64,000 nucleotides of DNA from Gemmatimonadota bacterium (GCA_039586365.1 JBDHKN010000023.1:1-64000), one strand, 5' to 3'; counted from the first letter of the stretch, positions 28,440 to 38,362 are shown. Notes: generated by a model not told the origin, from the sequence alone. Numbers and translations: made by a program.

Positions 28440-29189
28440 TTAGCGGATGCCACTCAGCATCGGCACAAAACGAACGGGCATCAGGTTGCGGGTACTTATG
28501 GTATTGTCCAGGCTCTTGTTCACAAGTATGAGGTTCTGGATTCCGTACACACTTCCGACGGGGATGACCATGCTGCCATCCGGCTTGAGCTGTCGTACCA
28601 GTTCGGGTGGTATGTAGCCGGCAGCCGCCGTCACGATAATGGCGTCGAATGGTGCTGACTCAGGCCATCCGTGGTGGCCATCGCCGTGGCGGGATTGGAC
28701 CGTGAATCCAAGGCGGTCGAGTCGCTCCCGTGCGCTGTCCGCCAGGACCTGGAAGATCTCTACGGTGTGAACCGCACACCCGATCTCGGCCAACACTGCA
28801 GCCTGATATCCGGACCCGGTCCCAACTTCGAGCACTTTCATCCCCGGCTTGGGCTGGAGGATCTCAGTCATGAAGGCGACGATGTAGGGCTGAGATATGG
28901 TCTGTCCGTGGCCAATCGGAATCGGGAAGTCGCCGTATGCGCGACGGCGATTCTGCGGCGGGACAAACTCGTGGCGAGGCACTGAGCGCAGGGCGGCCAG
29001 TGTAGCGGAATCGCTGACGCCGCGGAGCTCGATCAGATCCACCATGGCTACCCGTTCGCGTTCGAACCGGGCTTGCTCAGGCGTCTGGCCATAGAGAGAT
29101 GCTGACCAGGCGAAAAGGGCCGAGGCTCGAATGACGGGACCTAGGATACCTCTCATCGGCGTTCCGTCCCTGTGGGTGATCTCACTCAA
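28440..29189 (-). CDS. pcm: Protein-L-isoaspartate O-methyltransferase
   Basis: VPRHEFVP, AYGD.PIPIGHGQTISQPYIVA, VLEVGTGSGYQAA, PFDAIIVTAAA; start may be 29156. Confidence 0.95.
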   Translation of the reverse strand: MSEITHRDGTPMRGILGPVIRASALFAWSASLYGQTPEQARFERERVAMVDLIELRGVSDSATLAALRSVPRHEFVPPQNRRRAYGDFPIPIGHGQTISQPYIVAFMTEILQPKPGMKVLEVGTGSGYQAAVLAEIGCAVHTVEIFQVLADSARERLDRLGFTVQSRHGDGHHGWPESAPFDAIIVTAAAGYIPPELVRQLKPDGSMVIPVGSVYGIQNLILVNKSLDNTISTRNLMPVRFVPMLSGIR

Positions 29190-29284
29190 GTTCTGATGCC
29201 TGATCCGGTGCCGTCAAGCCGCCGCCGGCTCGTCCAACCCCTTCCCTGTAGCTGCGCTGCTGACTTCTTCCTTCCTGCTGGCCG

Positions 29285-29563
29285 CTAGAACAACTTCGCT
29301 GCCAGAGTCGACTCCTTGTCCGTCCTAGTTCCGATCTTCATTGCCGTACTGAGCCGCACGGTGCCTTCGGCATGCAAGGTCTCGTGCACCAGCTCGACGG
29401 CCCGGAAGATCTGGCTCATCTCTCCTTCCACATTGGTACCGTATGAGTGTAGTTGCACCTTGAGCCCTGACTGTTCCAGAAGCTGGTGGGCGCGCTTCAC
29501 CTCGTTGCGGACCGACACCCCCGCACCAATTGGTATGACCTGTACCTCGGCGATCGCTTTCAT
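29285..29563 (-). CDS. MTH1187/YkoF family thiamine-binding protein
   Basis: AEVQVIPIG.GVSV...V..GTNVEGE..KIGTRTDK. Confidence 0.88.
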   Translation of the reverse strand: MKAIAEVQVIPIGAGVSVRNEVKRAHQLLEQSGLKVQLHSYGTNVEGEMSQIFRAVELVHETLHAEGTVRLSTAMKIGTRTDKESTLAAKLF

Positions 29564-29707
29564 GTTTCCATCCTGTTGCTGTGGCTCCAAGCGGAGCAAC
29601 CTTCATGGGCGACGGAGACAATGTCTCCGACTACAGTAAATTACAAGTGGATGCCAACGGCGACATTCACGGAGTGTGAATGTCAGCCCATGCTGAGGTA
29701 AACACTC

Positions 29708-30766
29708 ATGTCGCTTGAGTGCGCCAAGTGCACCAGTTATCCCTGCCACGTGGGGCGGATTGACCTCGGTCCCTATTGCTGTCCGATGCGGCGTGATTTC
29801 CCTGCGTTTGCGGAGTTGTATGCGGACGAAGCGCACCGGCTCCCGGCAATTCAAGCAGCCCTGATCGAGGCGGAGGGCTACGGTCGCTGGACCAGATTGC
29901 GAGAAATCGCCGAGTTCGCCAACCGCATTGAGGCGAGGCCTGTCGGAGTTGCTCACTGCACCACTACCGCCAGAGAGGCGGGACTCGTAGCTGGGTACTT
30001 GCGTGACAGCGGGCTGGAAGTCGTGATGCCCGCCCGTTCCGAGGAGTGCAATCCTCTGGCCCAAGCGGCGTTGTTGGCCGACCGAGACACGAAGCTCAAT
30101 GTCATCTGTGGGATGAGCGTCTCGCACGAGGCGATGTTCATCCGCGCTTCAACCGTTCCGGTCACTGTCTTGGTCGCACGGGACGCACGGCTCCGTCACA
30201 ACCCTGTAGCCGCACTCTACACTAGCGACAGCTACTCACAGGACCTGCTCTATGGGCAGAGGAGGCGACCGGAACGTCCGTTCTTGGGGGGGGACATCAC
30301 TGCTCTGGAGTGGGCGGGTAGAACTTTGCCAGAAACAGAGGGTGGGGAGTTCAACCGACTGCAGGAGGTCATGGAGTTTGCCAATCGCCTCGGGGCAACA
30401 CACGTAGGTGTCTCGTTCTGTGTTGGCTTCCGCGCTGAGGCCCGGGTGCTCACAAGAGTATTGGAGGCAAATGGCTTCAGGGTTTCCTCAGCATGCTGTA
30501 AGTCGGGGGCTGTACCCAAAGAGACATTGGGATTGAGTGACTCACAGAAGGTACGCCCAGGACAACCTGAGATGATGTGCAATTCCTTGGCCCAGGCGAC
30601 ACTACTAAACCGTGAAGATGTGCAGCTGGCCGTGATTCTCGGTCAATGCGTGGGACACGATTCAGCGACCATCAAGCAGCTGAACGTCCCTACCGTGTGT
30701 CTGGTAGCCAAGGATCGAGTGCTAGCTCACAACACAGTAGCGGCGCTATACGAACTGGAGAGTTGA
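29708..30766 (+). CDS. DUF1847 protein with two tandem DUF1847 units
   Basis: TRLREIAEFA..GVAHC..CNPLAQA..LVARDARLRHNPVAALY repeated as NRLQEVMEFA..GVSFC..CNSLAQA..LVAKDRVLAHNTVAALY. Confidence 0.85.
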   Translation: MSLECAKCTSYPCHVGRIDLGPYCCPMRRDFPAFAELYADEAHRLPAIQAALIEAEGYGRWTRLREIAEFANRIEARPVGVAHCTTTAREAGLVAGYLRDSGLEVVMPARSEECNPLAQAALLADRDTKLNVICGMSVSHEAMFIRASTVPVTVLVARDARLRHNPVAALYTSDSYSQDLLYGQRRRPERPFLGGDITALEWAGRTLPETEGGEFNRLQEVMEFANRLGATHVGVSFCVGFRAEARVLTRVLEANGFRVSSACCKSGAVPKETLGLSDSQKVRPGQPEMMCNSLAQATLLNREDVQLAVILGQCVGHDSATIKQLNVPTVCLVAKDRVLAHNTVAALYELES

Positions 30767-30793
30767 GTGGGGCCCTATGATAGGTACCGCCCT

Positions 30794-31047
30794 CGTATCG
30801 CGCGCCAAAGATATCGTCGAGTGTTACAGCTCGTCTGGTGATTGGTGGTTTTCACCTACGCGCGAAGAGCGCCGGTGACGTGCAGGCCGTAGTGTCGGCA
30901 CTCAGGCGACATGCAGTGGTGAAGGTGGTACCGTCTCACTGTACGGGAGACCAAGCCGTCGAGACCATTCGAACGGGCTATGGGGAGGATTGTGTCCAGG
31001 CGGGGCTTGGGAGCGTGATCACGATGGCTGGAGGGCAGGACAGGTAA
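30794..31047 (+). pseudogene. C-terminal remnant of an MBL-fold metallohydrolase
   Basis: VIGGFHL...VVPSHCTG..A..GLGSVI with no N-terminal HxHxDH part. Confidence 0.65.
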
Positions 31048-31193
31048 CTTGTTTTGGCGTAAATAGTTGAGTCGTTCTATTCGGGCCTGATCGCCCAGTA
31101 CGTTCGCCCAGCCCATTCGAGGCACCCACCTGCCGATGGGTCGACTAGTGAGTAAGTTGCGCGTTCCAGCATCGCCGGGATGTTAGGTGCAGA

Positions 31194-33134
31194 ATGACGA
31201 CTCCAACCCGTAGCGAGATGGTCTCAAGAACACGTAGAACCGCCGTTCTGGTAGGGAATCCCAATGTCGGTAAGAGTGTGCTGTTCAAGAACCTCACCGA
31301 CCGATACGTCACCGTCTCCAACTACCCTGGCACTACGGTAGAGATCGTCCAAGCGAAGGCCAGTTTCAACGGTCACGAAGTCACCGTCATCGACACTCCC
31401 GGCATCAATGATCTCGCTGCGCGCAGCGAAGATGCTCGTGTCACTCACGACGTACTAATGCAACAAGATGCCACACTCGTTCAGGTAGCCGACGCCAAGA
31501 ACCTGCGGAGAGCCTTGTTGCTGACGTTACAGCTCGCCGAGCTGAAGCGTCCGACGGTGCTGGTCCTCAACATGTTCGATGAGCTGCAGGAGCGTGGCGG
31601 CAAGATCGACACTGAGAAGTTGGCCGAGATTCTCGGTGTACCGGTTGTGACAACTGTGGCTCCGCGGAATGAAGGTACCGACGAGCTGATAGCCAAGTTG
31701 GCGGAAGCACGCCCGCCACACGAGTCGTGGCTGGCTGCGGAGCCGGTAGATGAGTACCGTGGCAACCGGGCCCGGTTAGCGCAGGTGAATGACATCCTCG
31801 CTGAGACGTATACCATGAGCCAGCCGAGCAGACCTTCGCTGCGGGTCCGGCTCGGGTTCTGGGCGATGCATCCGGTGAAAGGACTGGGTTTCCTGGCGTT
31901 TGCGGTGCTGGTGGTGTTCTGGGTGGTGGGATTGTTCGGAGCGGGTACCATGGTGGACCTATTCGATGTCGGCGTGTTCCAGCATCGCGTGGCTCCGGCA
32001 GCCATTCGTGTCGTAGACGCGATTCTTCCCTTTCCTCATGTCCACGACATTGAGACAATTCCTCTCTCTGTCGGTTTGCCGCTGAGTCCGGTGCATGAGA
32101 TAGGGATTGCCACTTTAGAGAGAGACGTGATCGTGCCGGTGTACGCTGTTCCAGCGGGGGCCAACCTGAGCCCGCTACAGCAGGTGTTCCGGTTCGGCCA
32201 CGACCTGTTAGTCGGCGAGTATGGCACGGTCACGATGGCGTTGAGCTACGCATTAGCCATAGTGTTACCCATTGTAACGACCTTCTTCTTCATTTTTGGG
32301 ATACTGGAGGACTCCGGCTACTTCTCGCGCATGGCCATAATGGTGAATCGGGTCTTTCGTTTGATGGGACTGAATGGGAAGGCGGTGCTGCCCATGATCC
32401 TCGGGTTGGGCTGCGACACCATGGCAACCATGACCACGCGCATTCTTGATACGCGCAAGGAACGCATCATCACCACGATGCTCCTCGCACTGGCGATTCC
32501 CTGTTCCGCCCAGTTGGGTGTGCTGTTAGCCTTGATGGCGGCTCTTTCCCCGTCCGGTGCGTTGCTCTGGATCGGTATTGTGATTGGTGTGATTCTCATG
32601 GTTGGGTGGCTTACCTCACGACTGTTCCCGGGTGAGACGAGCGAGTTCATCCTGGAGATTCCTCCCATTCGCGTTCCCCGCTTCAGGAACGTGATGGCTA
32701 AGACGCTGGGCCGTCTGAGTTGGTACCTCAAGGAAGTGATACCGATCTTTGTCGTGGGAACGGCGGTTTTGTTCCTGCTGAATACGGCCCACCTGTTGGA
32801 AGGGATCGCACGACTGGGCGAACCGCTGGTGACTGGATGGTTGGGGCTGCCTGGCGAGATCACGAACGCGTTTCTGGTTGGCTTCATGCGGCGCGACTTC
32901 GGGGCCGTCTACATCCTGGATGCGGCAATCGGACCGAGTCCGCTCCTGACACCGCACCAGATCTTCGTGGCGATGGTGACCATTACCCTATTCATGCCCT
33001 GTTTCGCCAATTTCCTGATGATTGCCAAGGAGCACGGTCTGAGGGTGGCGTGGAGTATGGCCGCTTTCATTTTCCCATTTGCTTTCCTGGTTGGAGGGGC
33101 GTTAAATCACTTTGGCAGATGGCTACCTATCTGA
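31194..33134 (+). CDS. feoB: Ferrous iron transporter FeoB
   Basis: GNPNVGKS, NYPGTTV, DTPG, NMFD; LEDSGYFSR, GLGC, IPCSAQ, FMPC. Confidence 0.93.
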   Translation: MTTPTRSEMVSRTRRTAVLVGNPNVGKSVLFKNLTDRYVTVSNYPGTTVEIVQAKASFNGHEVTVIDTPGINDLAARSEDARVTHDVLMQQDATLVQVADAKNLRRALLLTLQLAELKRPTVLVLNMFDELQERGGKIDTEKLAEILGVPVVTTVAPRNEGTDELIAKLAEARPPHESWLAAEPVDEYRGNRARLAQVNDILAETYTMSQPSRPSLRVRLGFWAMHPVKGLGFLAFAVLVVFWVVGLFGAGTMVDLFDVGVFQHRVAPAAIRVVDAILPFPHVHDIETIPLSVGLPLSPVHEIGIATLERDVIVPVYAVPAGANLSPLQQVFRFGHDLLVGEYGTVTMALSYALAIVLPIVTTFFFIFGILEDSGYFSRMAIMVNRVFRLMGLNGKAVLPMILGLGCDTMATMTTRILDTRKERIITTMLLALAIPCSAQLGVLLALMAALSPSGALLWIGIVIGVILMVGWLTSRLFPGETSEFILEIPPIRVPRFRNVMAKTLGRLSWYLKEVIPIFVVGTAVLFLLNTAHLLEGIARLGEPLVTGWLGLPGEITNAFLVGFMRRDFGAVYILDAAIGPSPLLTPHQIFVAMVTITLFMPCFANFLMIAKEHGLRVAWSMAAFIFPFAFLVGGALNHFGRWLPI

Positions 33135-33592
33135 GGTGCCCGCTGTGCGGGTTTGAATTCGAGAGAGTCGACACACTGTGCGCGCATGGTTGTCCCTTGG
33201 GTGGCTCGTGCAATTTCGTGCGCTGCCCGAGTTGCCAGTACGAGTTCCCGCCTGAACTCCGCAAGATCTCGTGGCTGACCAGGCTGTTCGGCAAGACTGC
33301 GGTGGCGCAGCCGCGGCTTCCTGAGGGGATCCGTTCGCTCAAGGAGCTGAAGCGGGGTGAGCGGGCCCGCGTCGTCTGCCTGGGGAGAGACAACGGTTCG
33401 CGACACAACAACTTGGCGGTTTTCGGTCTCACGCCAGAGGCCGAGATCACATTGGTACAGCATCTCCCTTCGTGTGTGGTACAGGTAGGGGAAACTGAGT
33501 TGGCCATAGATCCAGAAATCGCGGACGATATACTGGTTGAGCCCCTTGACCGCCCGGGTGGGGAAGGGAAGGTCCCTTTGGTGTGGCCGTAG
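33119..33592 (+). CDS. feoA: FeoA protein with Cys-rich N-terminal domain
   Basis: Start MATYLRCPLC; C-terminal LKELKRGERARV..LAVFGLTPEAEITL..VGETELAID..IADDILV. Confidence 0.85.
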   Translation: MATYLRCPLCGFEFERVDTLCAHGCPLGGSCNFVRCPSCQYEFPPELRKISWLTRLFGKTAVAQPRLPEGIRSLKELKRGERARVVCLGRDNGSRHNNLAVFGLTPEAEITLVQHLPSCVVQVGETELAIDPEIADDILVEPLDRPGGEGKVPLVWP

Positions 33593-33690
33593 CCCACGGC
33601 AGTTGAGTCGGGCAGAACCTAGCTGTCCCACGCTGATGCCCCACCAGGCGACTTTCCGCAGCTGACGGACATACGCATCTTGTCTGTGCC

Positions 33691-36600
33691 ATGAGCGGAT
33701 TTCGTGCTGTGCGGCATCAACACCCCGGGATGCCGACGATGTCTACCGAGACTCTCTTGCGGCTGGAAGTAGCGAGCCCTGAGCTTCTGCTTCGGCTCGC
33801 CGAGGAGCCACTCCCTCTCGGATTGCGCACTGCACCTGCTGTGCGGGGATTCCACCGTGACATCTACCTCGATGCGCCTGATGGCGAACTGCAGCGACGC
33901 GGTGTAACCTGCCGGTTCCGGATCAGTATGGACGACACGCGGACCCTGACTGTGACTATTCGGGAAACGGTGGGAGTAGGTGCCCTGGTCGATTGGCAGA
34001 GGTTTGAGTCGGAGGTCATAGAAGTCGATCCGATCGGGGCGCTCAACGGCACCTCAGAGCCAGCGCGACGGCTGCGAGCGGTGCTGGATCCACGACGGTG
34101 CGGCGTTCGTGTCGAACTCGAAACCGAGCGCCGAACGCGCATAGCGCGCTCAGCGCTACTACCGTTCAAGACGTTCGACATCGCTTACGATAGACTGAGT
34201 GTTCGCAGTGGTAGTCTGACTAGGGGGTTTCAGGAGATCCGCATCCGTAAGCTCCGGCGAGGAGGGCCGCAACTCAATGAGCTGGGAAACCGGATCCAGG
34301 AGATCAGTGGAATCCACCCGGTGTCTGCCAGCAGGCTTGAGCGTGCGGAAGAATTGCTGAGTGCGATGGGTGAAGAACCACCTGTCGCCGTTGGTGCCAC
34401 GATTCCCGAGGTAGTGTTGGTTTCCCTGTGTGAAGGTCACGTGGCCCTGCACCTGACACGCGACTCACTTTCCTTACCGATCCGTGAGGGCACGGGAGAC
34501 ATCGCGGTGAGCGAACTCGCGCAGCGGACACTGGGGCTTGGCGCTGTCGAATTCCAGTTGCTGGACACAGTCGCCGCTACACCCGAGTCTCCCGCTCTCG
34601 AAGTATGGTCAGTTGAAGGTTCTGCGGGAGACCCAGAGCGACTGCTCGAGTCGGGCATGGTCTGGGTGTCCGCCGAGGATGTCTGTTCGCTAGCTGGCTC
34701 ACCAGCTCTGCGGGACCCCAAGACTCTGGGAGCGCTGTCTCTACTGGTGCGCTCGCACGGTCCAGGAGCGGAACTCTGCGGGTGGAGCGAATACGCCGCC
34801 GCAGCTGGCAAGCTCAACCCAGGCTTTTCACGGCGCCAGCTATGGACTCCACCTGGACCGGAAGACGACTCAGCTATCAAGCGTAAGGACCCAGCCCACT
34901 GTCTCAATCAGGAGATGAGCTGGTTGCAGTTCAACCAACGGCTGATTGAGCTGGCAGAGGATGCTACGGTTCCGCTGCTCGCTCGACTTCGCTTCCTGGC
35001 GATTTTCAGCAGTAACATAGATGAGTTCTTCATGGTTAGGGTGGGGCATCTCAAGCGCGGCTTGGTTGATGGTATGACTGAGCCCGACTGGGATGGGATG
35101 GGGATTCACGAACAGCTTGACGCGGTTGCGATTCGGCTGAGGTACTTGTTTGCCCGCCAGAAGCGGTGTCTCGACTTGCTGTGTCTACCCGAACTGACCC
35201 AACATGGCATTCGAATAGTCCCATGGAACCGGCTCTCCGAAGAACAGCGGGCCCACCTCAAGCGCTACTTTGACGAGCAGCTCTTTCCACTGCTCACTCC
35301 ACACGCCATCACGCGTGCGCCGGGACATCCGTTTCCCCATATCTCGAATCTGAGCCTGTCGCTGGCGGTGATGGTGCGGGACGCCGATTCAGGGCGACTG
35401 CGGTTTGGAGCCATTACTCTCCCTGAGGGTGTGCGACGATTTGTCCAGCTATTCGATAGCAGCGATTTCGTGCTGCTGGAGGACGTGGTGCGGTACAACA
35501 TTGGCGCCCTGTATCCCGGGCGCCAGGTGGAAGCAGCCCACTGTTTTCGGGTGACTCGGGCTGGTGATCTCGAGATAGATGAGGAGCATGCTGACGACTT
35601 GTTGGAGGCAATCGAAGAGGAGGTGAAGCGACGTCCTTTCGCTGGGGTGGTGCGACTCGAAATCGAACGTTCGATGCCGAGAGAACTGCGGGAGCTGCTG
35701 CAGCGTGAACTGCAATTGTTGGGTGGTGGACGCGCGACGGGACCCGGTGCAACTGGCATCTATGAGGTCGATGGGATGCTTGATCTCAGATCCCTTGACG
35801 AGTTGAGCGAACTCGGTCCTCCCGAGCTGGACTACCCGGAGTTTGGGGGGGTACCGAGTGTGTCCCTGGAGCGCTCGATCTTCGAGGTGATCAGCGAGGG
35901 CGATGTGCTGGTGCACCATCCTTACGACAGTTTCGAGCACAGCACCCAACGGCTCTTTGAGGCGGCGGCGCGAGACCCCAACGTGGAGGACGTCAAGCTG
36001 ACGCTATATCGAGCCGGCGGTAGGTCACCAATTGTGGCGGCACTCATCAAAGCTGCTGAAGCAGGCAAGCGAGTGCACGTTTTTGTCGAGCTGAAGGCCC
36101 GATTCGATGAGGAACGCAATGTGGGCTGGACGCGCCAGTTGGAAGCTGCAGGTATTCATGTGGTGTACGGGCTGGTTCATGTGAAGACCCATGCCAAGAC
36201 AGCTCTCATAGTGCGTCGGGAAGGGAAGAAGCTCACGCGCTATGTCCATGTGGGCACCGGGAATTACAACGCACAGACTGCCCGGTCCTATTCCGATCTG
36301 GGACTAATGACATGCGATCCCGAAATTGGATCTGATGTCGCCGATCTGTTCAACGAATTGCTGGGATCGTCTGAGGCTCCGCGGACGAAGTTCAAGCAAC
36401 TCCTGGTGGCGCCCGCCACCATGATGAAGCGATTCAGGGGCCTAATCGATCGTGAGATCGAACATGCGAAGGCCGGCCTAGGGGGTCACATTCGGGTCAA
36501 GTTGAATGGACTGGCTGACGCGAAGATGGTGCGGCATCTGTATCGCGCTTCTCAAGCAGGCGTGGACGTGGATCTGATCGTGCGCAGCATTTGCACCTTG

Positions 36601-36960
36601 CGCCCCGGAGTGCAAGGTCTGTCCGATCGAATTCGTGTCGTGGCTCATCTGGGACGGTTCCTGGAGCACGCCCGAATCTTCCACTTCGCCAATGGTGGCG
36701 AGGACGAGTACTACATTGGATCTGCAGACTGGCGGCCGCGCAACCTGAGGCGTCGTATCGAAGTCGTGACTCCAGTTCGTGATGAGACTGCCTGCGCCAG
36801 ACTCGATCGCATCTTGGAGACCGAGTTGTCAGATCCGGGGGCTTGGGACCTACAGTCAGACGGATCCTATATTAGACGTGTGTCGCAAGCTGGTACTGAG
36901 CTTCAGAGTGCTCAAGAGGTCTTCATGCGTTGGACAAGTTCACCAAAGACGGGAGGCTAG
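33691..36960 (+). CDS. ppk1: Polyphosphate kinase 1 with ~400-aa N-terminal extension (CYTH-like)
   Basis: NQEMSWLQFNQR, SSNIDEFFMVRV, HHPYDSF, ELKARFDEERN, KTHAK, GRFLEHARI, GSADWRPRNL; start could be 33730 or 33739. Confidence 0.95.
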   Translation: MSGFRAVRHQHPGMPTMSTETLLRLEVASPELLLRLAEEPLPLGLRTAPAVRGFHRDIYLDAPDGELQRRGVTCRFRISMDDTRTLTVTIRETVGVGALVDWQRFESEVIEVDPIGALNGTSEPARRLRAVLDPRRCGVRVELETERRTRIARSALLPFKTFDIAYDRLSVRSGSLTRGFQEIRIRKLRRGGPQLNELGNRIQEISGIHPVSASRLERAEELLSAMGEEPPVAVGATIPEVVLVSLCEGHVALHLTRDSLSLPIREGTGDIAVSELAQRTLGLGAVEFQLLDTVAATPESPALEVWSVEGSAGDPERLLESGMVWVSAEDVCSLAGSPALRDPKTLGALSLLVRSHGPGAELCGWSEYAAAAGKLNPGFSRRQLWTPPGPEDDSAIKRKDPAHCLNQEMSWLQFNQRLIELAEDATVPLLARLRFLAIFSSNIDEFFMVRVGHLKRGLVDGMTEPDWDGMGIHEQLDAVAIRLRYLFARQKRCLDLLCLPELTQHGIRIVPWNRLSEEQRAHLKRYFDEQLFPLLTPHAITRAPGHPFPHISNLSLSLAVMVRDADSGRLRFGAITLPEGVRRFVQLFDSSDFVLLEDVVRYNIGALYPGRQVEAAHCFRVTRAGDLEIDEEHADDLLEAIEEEVKRRPFAGVVRLEIERSMPRELRELLQRELQLLGGGRATGPGATGIYEVDGMLDLRSLDELSELGPPELDYPEFGGVPSVSLERSIFEVISEGDVLVHHPYDSFEHSTQRLFEAAARDPNVEDVKLTLYRAGGRSPIVAALIKAAEAGKRVHVFVELKARFDEERNVGWTRQLEAAGIHVVYGLVHVKTHAKTALIVRREGKKLTRYVHVGTGNYNAQTARSYSDLGLMTCDPEIGSDVADLFNELLGSSEAPRTKFKQLLVAPATMMKRFRGLIDREIEHAKAGLGGHIRVKLNGLADAKMVRHLYRASQAGVDVDLIVRSICTLRPGVQGLSDRIRVVAHLGRFLEHARIFHFANGGEDEYYIGSADWRPRNLRRRIEVVTPVRDETACARLDRILETELSDPGAWDLQSDGSYIRRVSQAGTELQSAQEVFMRWTSSPKTGG

Positions 36961-36967
36961 CTTACGC

Positions 36968-37480
36968 ATGAGCGGTCCAGTCCCAACAGTGCCGGCCGTA
37001 CCGCTACCAAGGTTCGCATGCTCGATAGGCCAGCGGTGCGCTCTCATCTTCAAGACTGAGTGGTCTGAAGTGCTCAGCTGGGGAGCGGCTTTGACCTTTG
37101 CTGAATACGTCGACGCATTCGAGGCACGGAAGGGCGTAGAGATATTCCGACAAGGTCAGATTGGCCATTACCTGTGCCTCTTGGTTGAAGGAAGAGTCGA
37201 AATCGTGAAACCGGACTCCTCTGGAGACCGTAAGACCCTGGCAATGATCGGTCCAGGTAAGACTTTCGGGGAGATGTCACTGATCGACGGGGAACCGCGA
37301 TCCGCCTCGGCTATCGCGCTTGACGATTCCAAGGTCCTGGTGCTCACAGAAGAAAACTTCCACCGGCTCGTCTACCAGTACCCGCATCTTGGGGCAATGG
37401 TTCTCCTGAAGCTGGCGAAACTGATGAGCCAGAGGTTGCGTCAGACCAGCGATTTGCTAGTCGACTTCTTGGGCGGTTGA
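36968..37480 (+). CDS. Stand-alone cyclic-nucleotide-binding domain protein
   Basis: IFRQG..EGRVEI..GPGKTFGEMSLIDGEPRSASAIA; no HTH. Confidence 0.88.
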   Translation: MSGPVPTVPAVPLPRFACSIGQRCALIFKTEWSEVLSWGAALTFAEYVDAFEARKGVEIFRQGQIGHYLCLLVEGRVEIVKPDSSGDRKTLAMIGPGKTFGEMSLIDGEPRSASAIALDDSKVLVLTEENFHRLVYQYPHLGAMVLLKLAKLMSQRLRQTSDLLVDFLGG

Positions 37481-37486
37481 CGGCGT

Positions 37487-38362
37487 TTAGGCTGTAGAAA
37501 ACTCGGCGCCGTCTATCGACCGCAACTCTGCGTCGCTCAAGACCAATTGTGCGGCAGTGGTCGAGTCAACAGCGTGCTTCACGGTTCGGGCACCGGGGAT
37601 GACGATTACGTTGTCTCCCCGGGAGAGTACCCATGCCAGCACGGCAGAGTGCGGTGACACACCGTGTCGCTGAGCGACAGGCCTCAGATCGGGGTGGTCA
37701 GGGAGTTTCTTGTTCAGACGTCCTCCCCCAACCGGACTGTAGGCCAGAAAGCCTATCCCCTTGTCCGCACAGTATTCCACGATGCCGGATTCCAGAGCTT
37801 CACGGAAGAAGGGATTCAAGCGATTCTGTACGGTGACTATGGGCGCGAGTGACTCCGCTTGCTTGATTTCCGCAACGGAAACGTTGGACAGGCCTATCCA
37901 GCGGATCTTGCCTGCCTCTTGAAGCCGCGCTAGCGCACCAACACTATCTGCAAATGGCACGGCTGGGTCCGGAGCGTGAAGTTGGTAGAGATCGATTGTC
38001 GTGAGCCCCAGCGCACTGAGCGACCGCTCGCAGGCCCGCCGGAGATGCTCCGGACGGCCATTCCGATCCCACCTTCCCTGTGGTCTTGTCAATCCTCCCT
38101 TGGTGGCCACGACCACTGAGTCTCGGTCGCCGGTCCAGTTCGCGAGGGCTCGTGCGACCAAGCGTTCATTGTGCCCGATTTCGTCGTCATCAAGGCAATA
38201 CACATCCGCAGTATCGATCAGGGTCATGCCGGCGTCGAGTGCTGCGTGAATCACCTGTACCCCCACCTCGGCTGCAGGACGTCCCTGAATGGACAGCGGC
38301 ATGCCTCCGAATCCCACCACCCCAACCGACGGAGCTCCAGGGCCGAGAGTTCTGGTCTGCAT
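37487..38362 (-). CDS. Aldo/keto reductase
   Basis: GFGGM, DTADVY, VATKGG, IDLYQLHAPD, GKIRWIGLSN, AYSPVGGG, IPG. Confidence 0.93.
   Translation of the reverse strand: MQTRTLGPGAPSVGVVGFGGMPLSIQGRPAAEVGVQVIHAALDAGMTLIDTADVYCLDDDEIGHNERLVARALANWTGDRDSVVVATKGGLTRPQGRWDRNGRPEHLRRACERSLSALGLTTIDLYQLHAPDPAVPFADSVGALARLQEAGKIRWIGLSNVSVAEIKQAESLAPIVTVQNRLNPFFREALESGIVEYCADKGIGFLAYSPVGGGRLNKKLPDHPDLRPVAQRHGVSPHSAVLAWVLSRGDNVIVIPGARTVKHAVDSTTAAQLVLSDAELRSIDGAEFSTA

Noticed and set aside
32720..33118. Long N-terminus of the feoA ORF
   Set aside because: Lies inside feoB in another frame; the likely start is 33119.
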